This document shows, piece by piece, positions 1 to 10,252 of a stretch of DNA of 64,000 bases. The translations under genes were made by a program, and so were the position numbers. The stretch is from an uncultured Pseudomonadales bacterium (GTDB lineage: Bacteria > Patescibacteriota > Microgenomatia > UBA1400 > PJMF01), in contig CAZUHV010000001.1 in assembly GCA_964620965.1 (NCBI GenBank), positions 85,839 to 149,838 of the forward strand, written 5' to 3'. Positions within the stretch are counted from its first letter, which is position 1; every line of letters starts with the position of its first letter. Under the pieces are notes generated by a model. The model saw nothing but the letters and a program-made list of their open reading frames with translations. It had not been told where the DNA came from and made no database searches.

Positions 1-125
1 CTACTTGCGTTTCCAGTTTCAATAAGAATATCTATCAACTGTGTGACAAAAAATTCTCTATCAGATTTAATTTGTTGAGATATTAAACTAGTTATTTTAT
101 TTGCTAGTTTTTTTGTATTACTCAT
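1..125 (-). CDS. 5' part of hypothetical protein running off the left edge (MSNTKKLANKITSLISQQIKSDREFF...)
   Basis: ATG at 125-123 with an open frame to position 1, read manually; not in ORF track because it is truncated. Confidence 0.5.
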   Translation of the reverse strand, partial: MSNTKKLANKITSLISQQIKSDREFFVTQLIDILIETGNAS

Positions 126-149
126 CTGATGAGTATCAGATGTGATATA

Positions 150-197
150 ATTAGACATAAAAAAAGTCCCGTGTTTACGGAACTTTCTTTATCTAAT
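150..197 (-). terminator. Intrinsic terminator downstream of tRNA-Gln
   Basis: AAAGTCCCGT-GTTT-ACGGAACTTT stem (163-186) with outer ATTAGA/TCTAAT pairing; T-run follows on the minus strand. Confidence 0.55.
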
Positions 198-215
198 GTA
201 ATTTTATTTTTCGTG

Positions 216-286
216 ATCCCGAACTAGGATTCGAACCTAGGATAACTGTGCCAGAAACAGTTGTGATGCCACTTCACTATTCGGGA
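216..286 (-). tRNA. tRNA-Gln(CTG), CCA not encoded
   Basis: Acceptor TCCCGAA/TTCGGGA, anticodon arm ACTGT-TTCTGGC-ACAGT, T-arm CTAGG-TTCGAAT-CCTAG. Confidence 0.95.
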
Positions 287-379
287 TAGTAAATACTTTG
301 CAATTATAAATCATCAGTGCAATATTGTTAAGCTTATGTCAGGTTATTGTAAGAATCTATGTGTTAAAATACCCCAAAC

Positions 380-1048
380 ATGAAAAACATACTCATTGTC
401 GAAAATAATAAAACCTTAGCAACAACCCTTGCTACTCACTTAAAAAATAAGAAATTTTTTGTTTCCGTTACTACTACCATAGAAGATTCAATTAAAGAAC
501 TAGAAAACTACTCATATGACTTAGTTATTTTGGATCGAATCTTAGATGACGGTGATGGTATCGAAGTTGCAGAGTTTATCTCGGATTTTTCATATCAAAC
601 AAAGGTTCTAATATTATCAGAAATAGAATCAACAAACGAAAGAATTAGAGGCCTAGAAAGTGGTGCAGATGACTATCTAATCAAACCCTTTTCGCTAACA
701 GAACTTACAATAAAAATCCAAAAACTACTTAATACTCAAAAAATAAAAGAGATTGAGAAACTGTCATTAGGAAAAATAAGTATTATGCCAGAAACTGGTG
801 AACTTAATTTAAATGGAAAAATAAAGCTCATTAGAAAAAAAGAAAGTCAATTACTTTCTTGCTTAATTAGGCACAAAAACCAAGTGGTTAGTAGAGATAA
901 AATCATAAATATTATTTGGTCAGGAAGTTATGATCAACCTACTCAATCAACTTTGGACGTTTATATCAGAAGACTGAGAATTAGGCTAGAAAAATATAGT
1001 TCTTCAATTAAGACTGTAAGAGGCTTTGGTTATATGGCTCTGGAATAG
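380..1048 (+). CDS. OmpR/PhoB-family response regulator
   Basis: Receiver (ILD-R, GADDYLIKPF) plus wHTH (DVYIRRLR, TVRGFGY). Confidence 0.92.
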   Translation: MKNILIVENNKTLATTLATHLKNKKFFVSVTTTIEDSIKELENYSYDLVILDRILDDGDGIEVAEFISDFSYQTKVLILSEIESTNERIRGLESGADDYLIKPFSLTELTIKIQKLLNTQKIKEIEKLSLGKISIMPETGELNLNGKIKLIRKKESQLLSCLIRHKNQVVSRDKIINIIWSGSYDQPTQSTLDVYIRRLRIRLEKYSSSIKTVRGFGYMALE

Positions 1049-1772
1049 GAAACGTAATTTGAACATGAGTTCCAACTCCATATCCACTTATAATCTTAAA
1101 CGTTCCTTTAAACTCATTTTCTACCGTTTGCTTCACAAAAAATAATCCCAAACCCAAACCATGTTCTTTGTATGAAATACCTCGTACCAATGCTAATTTT
1201 TGAGCAAAATTTGTCATTCCTTTTGCAAAATCTACTATTCCTATAAAAACCTGTCCTTTAATAATCCGAACGGACAAACTAATGTGTGAATGTTTCTTAT
1301 CTTTATATGCTTCATACGCATTGTTTAGTAAGCAAATTATGATTTCCTGAAAGAATAATTTACTGCCAAAAAGTTTTAGTTTTTTAGGCAGATAGTTAGT
1401 GTAAAAGATTGCACAGTTATTTTTATTCTTAAATAACTGTAAAACTTCATTAATCGCCATACCTACCTCGAAAGTATCAGTTTTATTTTCCAAATCCGTA
1501 ATAGAAGCAATTAATTGCGTGAGGTGCTTTACAGCTTGTTCTGCATTTTCCAAATTTTCTATTTTTTCTTTTTCATCTTTTTTATTTTTTAAATTGTCGA
1601 GTGAACAAGACAAAATAGTTAATGGTGTCATACAGGCGTGTCTGAAAACAAAATTATTTTCTAGCCTTACAAGGTCTTGATTTTTTGTGGAATGAAAAAA
1701 TAGTTTATTAACCCTCATGATAGGGTCTACAAGTGACAGCCGGTTAAAAAGGTTCAAAATCCGACTCAACAT
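1008..1772 (-). CDS. Sensor-less histidine kinase-like protein (HisKA + HATPase_c)
   Basis: H-box-like FRHACMTPLT, N-box LLNNAYEA, G2 GLGLGL; no transmembrane segment; start uncertain. Confidence 0.75.
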   Translation of the reverse strand: MLSRILNLFNRLSLVDPIMRVNKLFFHSTKNQDLVRLENNFVFRHACMTPLTILSCSLDNLKNKKDEKEKIENLENAEQAVKHLTQLIASITDLENKTDTFEVGMAINEVLQLFKNKNNCAIFYTNYLPKKLKLFGSKLFFQEIIICLLNNAYEAYKDKKHSHISLSVRIIKGQVFIGIVDFAKGMTNFAQKLALVRGISYKEHGLGLGLFFVKQTVENEFKGTFKIISGYGVGTHVQITFPIPEPYNQSLLQS

Positions 1773-1846
1773 AGATTTATCAAATAGCGATTATATGTAA
1801 TGAGTATGTATTTGTAAATACTAAAAAAATTATTAGGTGCGAATAA

Positions 1847-3430
1847 TCAATCTAAAACTAAGTCTTCGAATACACTAGTTATGTTCCAGACTTGCAAACA
1901 TGGACCATTAAAAGGCCTACAATATTCTGCTATCAATAAACTTTTATCTAGCTCAACCTTTAAGTTATCTAACCTATGGGAGTTAACTACAAGCCACTGC
2001 TCATCAAACATTCTTGCACTCTCTGCAAACTTTTGAGGAATTCCAACTACTGGATACCCTACCCCATCTATTGCAATGTTCTCAACATTTCTGTTATGAA
2101 AATATAAATTTAAACCGTCTGGTAATGAGCCAAAAGATCCTTCTGTTGCCACTGCAATTTTTTTTGTTTGTGCTTCTGTTTGAATTAACTCAACCACTTC
2201 CATGAGACCATGTCCGGAAGACCACTCAGTTAAATATTGAACTTTATCCGACTCAACAAACGGAACTTGAGAGCTATTGGTTATAGAAGAGATCATAAAA
2301 ATACTAGAATTACCAATTGTATTTGCTAGTAACAAAACTAAGAAACCCAAAAATAAACTTTTCCATAAGAAGCTTTTGCTCATTTGTTCTGCCCAAATAA
2401 AAAAGTCTTCAATTGCAAAAACGCCGGCTAAAGTTAATGGTAAAACTGCTGGAAATAAGTATCGTGCATAAACCATTCTTCCCATTACTCCGATTGGAAT
2501 AATAAATGCTAATGCTGACCAAAAAAACACATGCACTAACCTTTTATTCTTTTTTGCAAACAACCCCATCAAGATAAACATTATAAAAGTTGGCGTCATG
2601 TATGAAACAAAATAACCAATATAGGTTGGAAAACTTGGAATAGTCTCTTTCCACTTTCCACCTAAAACTTCGGCAAGTGGAAACAAAAAATCGCTTCCTC
2701 TTCCAAATAATTGTGAAAATGAAGGAACTAGTGCAAGTAATCCAAACAAGAAAAATCCAATACTAATACTAAAAAAAACTTTTACTACAGACAAAAAATA
2801 GTTATCTGTTGATTTATTTTTCTTCAAAAAAGGCAGAAAAAACAAAGCAGGTATGAACAAAACCGCAGGAATTTTAGAATACAACGAGAATCCAAAAAAT
2901 AGTCCCGCACCCAATATATTAATCAAGCTTTCTTTTTCAAAAAGTTTCCTTTGCTTCAAACTAACAAATTCTTTTGTTAAAAAGTAAACACTTATTGAAA
3001 TCATTAGTGTCATCAATCCATCAGTTAAAACCATTCGATGATAAAAATACCAAAACGGAAGAATTGTTACGAGCAAACCGGAAAGATATACTGTCTTTTT
3101 ACTTTTAGTTACAAGTGAAGTAATGCCCATTACAACAAAGATCTGTAGTAATCCGATAATTACAGAAACAAAACGTGCAGCATACAGCTGGTTATTAAAT
3201 AGAAACTGAAACGGAGCAACTATCCAAAAAAAGAGTGGTGTTTTTCCGTCGTTCATTGGAAAAAAAAGATATCTAGGTAAGTCGTCAATAATTAGCTGGC
3301 TCCAACGAATATAAATTGCTTCATCAGCAAATACAGGTAATTCTAATAATCCTGAAAGGTGAGTAATTAGATAAAAAAATACAAGCCCTATACTCAATAA
3401 ACCAAACTGTTTCTTTAAAAACGTAAACAT
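1847..3430 (-). CDS. GT-C (ArnT/PMT_2, GT39/83-like) membrane glycosyltransferase
   Basis: Multi-TM protein with FADEAIY loop motif and DGKTPLFFW. Confidence 0.8.
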   Translation of the reverse strand: MFTFLKKQFGLLSIGLVFFYLITHLSGLLELPVFADEAIYIRWSQLIIDDLPRYLFFPMNDGKTPLFFWIVAPFQFLFNNQLYAARFVSVIIGLLQIFVVMGITSLVTKSKKTVYLSGLLVTILPFWYFYHRMVLTDGLMTLMISISVYFLTKEFVSLKQRKLFEKESLINILGAGLFFGFSLYSKIPAVLFIPALFFLPFLKKNKSTDNYFLSVVKVFFSISIGFFLFGLLALVPSFSQLFGRGSDFLFPLAEVLGGKWKETIPSFPTYIGYFVSYMTPTFIMFILMGLFAKKNKRLVHVFFWSALAFIIPIGVMGRMVYARYLFPAVLPLTLAGVFAIEDFFIWAEQMSKSFLWKSLFLGFLVLLLANTIGNSSIFMISSITNSSQVPFVESDKVQYLTEWSSGHGLMEVVELIQTEAQTKKIAVATEGSFGSLPDGLNLYFHNRNVENIAIDGVGYPVVGIPQKFAESARMFDEQWLVVNSHRLDNLKVELDKSLLIAEYCRPFNGPCLQVWNITSVFEDLVLD

Positions 3431-3432
3431 AC

Positions 3433-4749
3433 TTATATTCTACCTAGTTTTTTCCTGTTTTTAAAAAGATCTTTGATATTAGTAAAAAGATATACCATTG
3501 GAATTACCCAAGTCACTAACCTAGATTGCAACTGAATCTCATCAGAATACTCAAAACTATTTTTTAACCAAGGAACATATCTCAAAAGTGAGCTTAATGA
3601 AAAAATGAGAATCGTGTTTCTTAATGTTTTTTGTTTTATAAACGGAACCCAAACCAAAATCCAGAGCAAATACCATGGTAAAAACTGCTGTGATCTATCG
3701 GTAAAAAGTGGAATGAACAAAACTAAAGCTAAAATTGTTGGAATATATTTTTCAAACCAAGAAGATAGTATCAGTAACCCAGATGCTATGAACTGCGAAG
3801 GAATTGGCAATCTAAATCTGGATTTGATTAAATTGGAATACTTTTCCAAGAAAAATACGAGTAAGAAGACAAATATAAATAATGGCACTATTATAACTGT
3901 TGCTAGCTTAATCGAAATAGAAACTGCAAGTAAAACAGAGGCCAAAACAAAATCTCTAAATAACAATGTTTTAGATTTTTTTAAACTTTGAGGCTGTAGT
4001 AATCTAAGAGTAAGACTTACACCTAAAACTGCCGGAGCCATCATCCATAAATCATTGTGATAGTTTGAAACAACCTCTATTAAAAGCAAAGGATTTAAAA
4101 ATACTAGCGCAAGTTCATGTAAATATAATTTTCTTTTATTTAACGTTTGTGAAAGATGTTGTAATGCAAAATATAAAAAGACCAAACTTACTAGCATAAA
4201 AATTCTAAAGAAAAATAATGTTGGAAGCAATTTTTCCATTCCCAAAAAAGAAGGAATTAAGGACAATCCAGTCCATCCATAGCCATATGGAGCAGTTGTA
4301 TGGGTATTGTGCATAAAACGCACCCAATCATCTATTTGAGCAAAATCGAGCGCAGTTTTTATATGAGGGTTGTATCCCCACTTTAAAACCATTCTTGCAT
4401 TAAATACATAGTTAAAAATATCATGAGAAAGCGCGTTATAAGAAACAAATAACGGTAAAATAATCAAACCATAAACACCCGCATAAACAGACTTAAAACT
4501 AAACTCTGTTTTAGGCTGTTTTTTCTGTAATAAATAAATTGCCCAAATATAACAAAAAAATAACGCCACAATCAAGAAAATATATGCTGCTGTAATAAAC
4601 ACTGGAGCATGATAAAACTCTTTCCACATTCTGAGTTGAAAGTTCCAATAAATAGGATTAGAACTCAAAATTAAGTTTGGCTCTGTCAAGATATATGAGA
4701 ACAGACTATATAAAAATAGTGTTATAATAAAAAATATAGATATAAGCAT
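3433..4749 (-). CDS. Polyprenol-P-sugar dependent GT-C (MptA/MptB-like) glycosyltransferase
   Basis: SHDIFNY, NPH, APYG, NPLLLIE, HNDLWM and PWY motifs; multi-TM. Confidence 0.75.
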   Translation of the reverse strand: MLISIFFIITLFLYSLFSYILTEPNLILSSNPIYWNFQLRMWKEFYHAPVFITAAYIFLIVALFFCYIWAIYLLQKKQPKTEFSFKSVYAGVYGLIILPLFVSYNALSHDIFNYVFNARMVLKWGYNPHIKTALDFAQIDDWVRFMHNTHTTAPYGYGWTGLSLIPSFLGMEKLLPTLFFFRIFMLVSLVFLYFALQHLSQTLNKRKLYLHELALVFLNPLLLIEVVSNYHNDLWMMAPAVLGVSLTLRLLQPQSLKKSKTLLFRDFVLASVLLAVSISIKLATVIIVPLFIFVFLLVFFLEKYSNLIKSRFRLPIPSQFIASGLLILSSWFEKYIPTILALVLFIPLFTDRSQQFLPWYLLWILVWVPFIKQKTLRNTILIFSLSSLLRYVPWLKNSFEYSDEIQLQSRLVTWVIPMVYLFTNIKDLFKNRKKLGRI

Positions 4750-4751
4750 CT

Positions 4752-5522
4752 TTATTTGTATTTGCCAAGCATATCAGAAACTCTGATAATAATAATATCT
4801 CGAAGCATCCGTAATGAATCTTTAATTGGACTCACTCTATCAGATTCATGTGCTTGCCAATAGATTGGTACTTCTTTTAATTTGTAGCCTTTTTTTAAAC
4901 CCAAATAGAGAAGCTCAACGTCAAACGCTCCTGTAAATGCGTCTTTTCTTTCTTCCATTTTGCCATAAACATACAAAGAGTTATACAAATCTTCTGTAGC
5001 CTTTTCTGAAAATAACTTGAAACCACACTGAGTATCTAAAATTCCTGGAACAGCTAAAATTCTCACAAACACATTAAAGCCCCAACCCATTAAGTGCCTA
5101 TGAAAAGCTTCTTTGTCTCGTTTCGCACCAACAATCTCTCTAGAACCAATAACAATATCAAAGCCTTCGTTTGCATACTTTAATAATTTTTCGACATCTG
5201 CAAGAGGAGTTGATTGATCAAAATCTGTAAATAATCTCCATTCACCTGTTGCTGCAAGCATCCCAGACTTAACAGTAGGTGCTTTTCCTGCATGCACGTT
5301 ATGTAAAACCTTTATTCTTTTGTCTTTTTTTGCAAAAATATCGAGCTCATCTGCAGTTCCATCTATAGAACCGTCATCACTCATGATAAGTTCCCATTCG
5401 TATGGTTGTTTTTCGAGATATCCCAAAACTTCATCCAAGACACCTCTTTTGAGGTTTTTCATCTCATTATAGGAAGGGATAACTACAGACAAAAATGGTT
5501 TCTTCATATTTGAATCATACAC
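4752..5522 (-). CDS. GT2 polyprenol-phosphate glycosyltransferase (ALG5/DPG-synthase-like)
   Basis: VVIPSYNE, DDGSIDGT, TDFD, DTQCGFKLF, FDVELL. Confidence 0.88.
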   Translation of the reverse strand: MYDSNMKKPFLSVVIPSYNEMKNLKRGVLDEVLGYLEKQPYEWELIMSDDGSIDGTADELDIFAKKDKRIKVLHNVHAGKAPTVKSGMLAATGEWRLFTDFDQSTPLADVEKLLKYANEGFDIVIGSREIVGAKRDKEAFHRHLMGWGFNVFVRILAVPGILDTQCGFKLFSEKATEDLYNSLYVYGKMEERKDAFTGAFDVELLYLGLKKGYKLKEVPIYWQAHESDRVSPIKDSLRMLRDIIIIRVSDMLGKYK

Positions 5523-7069
5523 TAATTACTATTTTTCCTTAAGACTGTAATTTCTGGACCATTTGGGATGGTGTACACTTCTGTAGGGATTTTATTTGGA
5601 AAGGTAACAATTTCGTATACTGGAGAGTCAACTTCTTTATCAAACTTCCTCTCTTCATCAATAATGAACAATGTTTCAACTTCACCATATTGCTCTTCAG
5701 GAACTGGAGGTTTTTTAGTTGTAGTTAAAAAGTAACGATAATTTTGCCCATTTATATCACCTGTTGCATTGAGTAAAACAATATTATATTTTTCACCATC
5801 TGCAACTCTATCAACAATTGTGTCAGAAACTGCTTGAATATGTGCAATCGTCCAACCAAGCGAATGTAATATCACTGTGGCGTGATTATAGTTAAACTTA
5901 GCAAAAATAAGTAAATATGCTCCAACAAATAAATAGCCCAATTTTTTTGAAAGCAAGTCGTTCATTACTATTGCTAAAGTAAAGAAAATAACTGGAAAGA
6001 GATATGCTATATAGTGTTCGTAAATATTTTGCTTATATGCTGTTGTTCCCAAAATTCCTGTAAATAGAAAGCTTGCAATAATAAGTTCAGCAGTTATATC
6101 TTTCTTTTTTTGTCTTTTTTTATGAATTACAGCCAAAAATCTCCACAAAATAATACCAGTTAAAATCAAATCAATATATCCTGAATGTTTACCAGCAGCT
6201 ATCTCAGTAACGATCTGTTCTGATCTAAATCGTAAGTCTAGTAAAGTAAGGGTTACTGGATTAGAGTCTTCCGCAATTTCTTTCTTCGAGAAGGCATCTT
6301 CCTTTGTTAAAATATCCAAAAATGCATTTCTATTTAAACCATCATGTTTCAGATCAAATAAAAATAAAGGAGTAAGAGACGCAAAAAAGATGAGTGCTCC
6401 AATTACAGTAGAAACTAACATTGGTTTTATTGTTTTCTTTGCTTTAAGCTTAAGAAATAGCTGATATAGCCACACTAGACCAAAACCTGCCCCAGAAAGC
6501 AGTGTTAAATAGTGCAACTGAATTAAGATTGCAAAACAAACTGTAACTGCAATCCAATATTTCACATCTTTCTTTAGAGCTTTATATGTGAAGAAAATTA
6601 AAAAGAGTGAAACAATTGGTGCTGGATTTGGGTTCCAGCTAAAACGAGTATTATGTGCAACTACAGCAGAAAAACCAAACAGACCACTTGCCCAAAGTGC
6701 AACTTTTTCATCCAAAAACTGCTTGCCAATATAGTACATAAGAAAAACTGTCAAAATTCCTAATAACGCAATTGCATACACAGGTCCCATTGGACTTGGA
6801 TAGGTCAACATTAAAAATGGAACCATAAAGTAATAGTACAAAGGACCTAAGTACATATTACCAACACTCGTTACGGGCCCAATAAAAACAGGATCTAAAT
6901 CTTTAAAAATCTTTGCAACTACCATTGCATCTCGGCCCTGATCTCCCAAAAATTGAACCGTGTTTGGGATGTTATATAAACGTAAAAACGAAGCAATCAA
7001 TAAAATAAATAATAGAACAAAGTGTTTTTGTTCAAATTTTTTAGGCAAGATTTTTTGTAACAAATGCAT
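5522..7069 (-). CDS. GT-C (GT39/PMT_2-like) membrane glycosyltransferase
   Basis: FLGDQGRDA, GPLYYY, SWNPN motifs; start moved to the ATG (MHLLQ) at 7069. Confidence 0.8.
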   Translation of the reverse strand: MHLLQKILPKKFEQKHFVLLFILLIASFLRLYNIPNTVQFLGDQGRDAMVVAKIFKDLDPVFIGPVTSVGNMYLGPLYYYFMVPFLMLTYPSPMGPVYAIALLGILTVFLMYYIGKQFLDEKVALWASGLFGFSAVVAHNTRFSWNPNPAPIVSLFLIFFTYKALKKDVKYWIAVTVCFAILIQLHYLTLLSGAGFGLVWLYQLFLKLKAKKTIKPMLVSTVIGALIFFASLTPLFLFDLKHDGLNRNAFLDILTKEDAFSKKEIAEDSNPVTLTLLDLRFRSEQIVTEIAAGKHSGYIDLILTGIILWRFLAVIHKKRQKKKDITAELIIASFLFTGILGTTAYKQNIYEHYIAYLFPVIFFTLAIVMNDLLSKKLGYLFVGAYLLIFAKFNYNHATVILHSLGWTIAHIQAVSDTIVDRVADGEKYNIVLLNATGDINGQNYRYFLTTTKKPPVPEEQYGEVETLFIIDEERKFDKEVDSPVYEIVTFPNKIPTEVYTIPNGPEITVLRKNSN

Positions 7070-7079
7070 AAAGAACTTT

Positions 7080-8267
7080 TTACTTTGTTTTCCAAATAAA
7101 TTTATTATATGCAAAAAAGTTCCAGAACAAACCAATTATTATTCCAGTTGCGACAAAGACTAACCCTGTATCTATTACTATCCCAATAAGAGGAATTCTG
7201 AACAAATCAAACAAACCAACAAATTTTTCCCCTAAGAAATTTACAATAAGCTGAATAATAATAGAGCCGCTAGAAGTTACATTGAATTGCAAAAATTTGC
7301 CAAATATCTTTGATCTGTCAAGTTTTTTATCAGCAAATGTCCACGCATTATTTAGTAAGAAGTTTGAGGCAATCGCAATTTCTATACTTATAAGAACAGC
7401 CGCTAAAAAGTTTGTGAAAAACCCAACTGTAAATGCTGGTAATAATGCTCGGAAAATTTGTAAAGAAACTAATTGAATCAATGTTCCCATTCCACCAACA
7501 ACTAAAAACTTAAAAATACGGCTTGCTAAAAGATCTGTAGCTCTTAAACGAATTAAATATAGTAATGTATCTTTCATATAATTTAATGGTAATTTTGATT
7601 CCCCAATTGTTCTATCAATAAATTGAAATGGAACTTCTACTATCTTAAAACCTGCCCTAACTGCAGCGTTCAAGAATCCAATCTGGAAAGTATACCCAAG
7701 TAATTCCTTTTCTGTTATTTTTTTAACTACAACATCATAAACTTTTTTGCGAATGGCACGATACCCACCTGTCCAATCTTTTATTTTGAAGTTTGTGAGG
7801 AGTGTCTGTGCAACAAGATTTCCAACTACACTCATAAACTTTCTATGAATTCCCCAGTTTGCTGGAATGCCGCCTCCAGGAATATATCGAGAACCAACAA
7901 CCATATCAGCACCTTCATCAATTGCCTTCATAAATTCTGGTATTTTAGTTGGATCATGAGATAAATCTGCATCAAACTCAAAAACTACTTCAGCTTTAAG
8001 CTCAGTAAATGCTTTTTCCATTCCTTTTAGGTAAGCACCCCCTAAGCCTGCTTTTTTTGGATTTACAAGCAAATGCAAATTTTTATGTTCTTTTTGCATT
8101 TTCTTGACAACTTCGTAAGTTTTATCTGGAGAAGTATCATCTACAACAAGTATCCCCATATTCCAGTTTGAAACTTTTTTGAATTGTTCCTGTAATAACG
8201 GAACAACTTTTTGAATATTTTCCTTTTCGTTATATGTAGGAATAATAACAATTGCTGTTTGTGGCAT
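7080..8267 (-). CDS. GT2 polyprenol-phosphate mannosyl/glycosyltransferase (DPM1-like) fused to a GtrA-like flippase domain
   Basis: IIPTYNE, DDTSPDKT, DADLSHDP; C-terminal KFLVVG...NFLLNNAWTF...WNFFAYNKFIW GtrA pattern. Confidence 0.88.
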   Translation of the reverse strand: MPQTAIVIIPTYNEKENIQKVVPLLQEQFKKVSNWNMGILVVDDTSPDKTYEVVKKMQKEHKNLHLLVNPKKAGLGGAYLKGMEKAFTELKAEVVFEFDADLSHDPTKIPEFMKAIDEGADMVVGSRYIPGGGIPANWGIHRKFMSVVGNLVAQTLLTNFKIKDWTGGYRAIRKKVYDVVVKKITEKELLGYTFQIGFLNAAVRAGFKIVEVPFQFIDRTIGESKLPLNYMKDTLLYLIRLRATDLLASRIFKFLVVGGMGTLIQLVSLQIFRALLPAFTVGFFTNFLAAVLISIEIAIASNFLLNNAWTFADKKLDRSKIFGKFLQFNVTSSGSIIIQLIVNFLGEKFVGLFDLFRIPLIGIVIDTGLVFVATGIIIGLFWNFFAYNKFIWKTK

Positions 8268-8302
8268 GGCACTACTTTCTTTTTTGTAGGTCTATTATAG
8301 TG

Positions 8303-9280
8303 TTAATCTTTTGATTTAGCCTCTTTTTCAAGCTCAGACTCAACCATTAATTTAACTAAACCTTCAAAATCAACAGATGGTTTCCATCCAAGCTTTTCAC
8401 GAGCTTTGGTTGGGTCACCAATCAACAAATCAACTTCTGCAGGACGATCAAACTTTGGGTTATGCTTATATATAGCCTCCCAGTCATCGATCTCTGCGAA
8501 TCTACAACTTAGTTGTAAAAACTCTCTCACTGAATGAGTTTCACCTGTAGCAACCACATAATCCTCTGGAGTGTCTTGTTGTAACATCAGCCACATTGCT
8601 TCAACATAATCTTTTGCATATCCCCAGTCACGCTTTGCGTCTAAGTTACCAAGTTCAACAAATTCTTGTTTTCCAAGTTTAACTCTAGCAACTGCATTCG
8701 CAATTTTTCTTGTAACAAACTCTAGTCCACGTCTTGGGGACTCATGGTTAAACAAAATACCAGATACCGCAAACATATCGAAAGACTCTCTATAGTTAAC
8801 AGTAATCCAGTGACCGTATACTTTAGCAACACCATAAGGTGAACGAGGCCAAAATGGGGTTGTTTCTTTTTGAGGAACCTCTTGAACTTTACCAAACATC
8901 TCACTTGAGCTAGCCTGATAAAACTTTGCATGTGGACATGCTAGTCTGACTGCCTCTAAAACACGTGTTACTCCAAGTGCAGTAAATTCACCCGTTAAAA
9001 CTGGTTGATCCCAACTCGCCTTAACAAATGACTGAGCTGCCAAATTATACACTTCATCTGGTTGAATCTCTTTTAATGCATAAGTGAGTGAGTGTTGGTC
9101 AATTAAATCTCCTGAAACTAATTCGAGATTTTCGTTATGAATTAAGTGTTGAATGCGAGCAAAATTTTGAGTACTCGTTCTTCTAGTCAAACCATACACT
9201 TTATACCCTTTTTCTAGAAGTAGTTCTGCAAGGTAAGATCCATCTTGACCAGTAATACCTGTTATAAATGCCTTTTTCAT
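8303..9280 (-). CDS. gmd: GDP-mannose 4,6-dehydratase
   Basis: [39 protein letters not shown]. Confidence 0.97.
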   Translation of the reverse strand: MKKAFITGITGQDGSYLAELLLEKGYKVYGLTRRTSTQNFARIQHLIHNENLELVSGDLIDQHSLTYALKEIQPDEVYNLAAQSFVKASWDQPVLTGEFTALGVTRVLEAVRLACPHAKFYQASSSEMFGKVQEVPQKETTPFWPRSPYGVAKVYGHWITVNYRESFDMFAVSGILFNHESPRRGLEFVTRKIANAVARVKLGKQEFVELGNLDAKRDWGYAKDYVEAMWLMLQQDTPEDYVVATGETHSVREFLQLSCRFAEIDDWEAIYKHNPKFDRPAEVDLLIGDPTKAREKLGWKPSVDFEGLVKLMVESELEKEAKSKD

Positions 9281-9295
9281 ATATTCCTTACTATT

Positions 9296-10249
9296 TTAAT
9301 TGTTTCTATACCAATCAATGATTCTTTGTAGTGTTGCATCTAAAGTAATTGTAGGATTCCAACCTAACTCTTTCATTTTAGCATTATTTGCTATCATTTT
9401 TGGAATGTCGTGAGGTCGCATCCTTGACTCGTCAGTAATAACAGAAATCTCTTTTTGAGATAAAGCAAGTAACTTATCCACTATTTCACTCATCTTAATT
9501 CCAACTCCGGAACCAATATTGTATGCTTCACCACTTTTACCAGAATTCATTACTGTTATATATGCACGTACCATATCTTTTACGTCAGTAAAATCTCTAA
9601 TTGTTGAAAGATCACCTACTTTTAACTCAGATGCCTCGCCTCTCTCTATTGCAATTATTTGTTTCACAAAAGCAGGAAGAGCAAAATCGTCAGATTGCCT
9701 CTCGCCGATATGATTAAACGGACGAACTGTAACAATATCTAAACCATAAGAAATGTAATATGAATAAGACAACAAATCTTGAGTAACTTTCGAAACAGCA
9801 TATGGATTGATCGGTCTAAACGGATGATTTTCTGAAACTGGAATTTCGTCATCAGAAATACTCACTCCATACTCTTCTGCAGAGCCAACCACCAGCAATC
9901 GAGTATGTTTACAGTAGTCACGCACAGCCAATAAAACATTTTGTTGCAATTGAATGTTGTTTGCCAATACTGTGTCAGCCTCATCAAAACTTTTTCCAAC
10001 AAACGCTAATGATGCCAAGTGATATATCTGACTTGGCTGTAAATCTTTGATTAGTTGGGCTGTAGCTTCTCTATTGGTTAAGTCAAGAGGATGTATATGA
10101 TCTGCGCCGATCAGTTCAGCTATAAATTCATTCTCACCAGTATACGAAGTGACATGAATATTTGTATATCCTTGCGCAACTAACGCTTCAACTAAGTGTG
10201 ATCCTGCAAACCCTGTTCCACCTGTTATCAATATTTTTGGTTGTTCCAT
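9296..10249 (-). CDS. rmd: GDP-4-dehydro-6-deoxy-D-mannose reductase (Rmd-like SDR)
   Basis: TGGTGFAG, GSAEEYG, YAVSK, RPFNHIG; adjacent to gmd. Confidence 0.78.
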   Translation of the reverse strand: MEQPKILITGGTGFAGSHLVEALVAQGYTNIHVTSYTGENEFIAELIGADHIHPLDLTNREATAQLIKDLQPSQIYHLASLAFVGKSFDEADTVLANNIQLQQNVLLAVRDYCKHTRLLVVGSAEEYGVSISDDEIPVSENHPFRPINPYAVSKVTQDLLSYSYYISYGLDIVTVRPFNHIGERQSDDFALPAFVKQIIAIERGEASELKVGDLSTIRDFTDVKDMVRAYITVMNSGKSGEAYNIGSGVGIKMSEIVDKLLALSQKEISVITDESRMRPHDIPKMIANNAKMKELGWNPTITLDATLQRIIDWYRNN

Positions 10250-10252
10250 AAA

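Noticed and set aside
216-286. tRNAs lacking encoded CCA (also 34152-34223)
   Set aside because: Ordinary; a CCA-adding enzyme is encoded at 16630-18216
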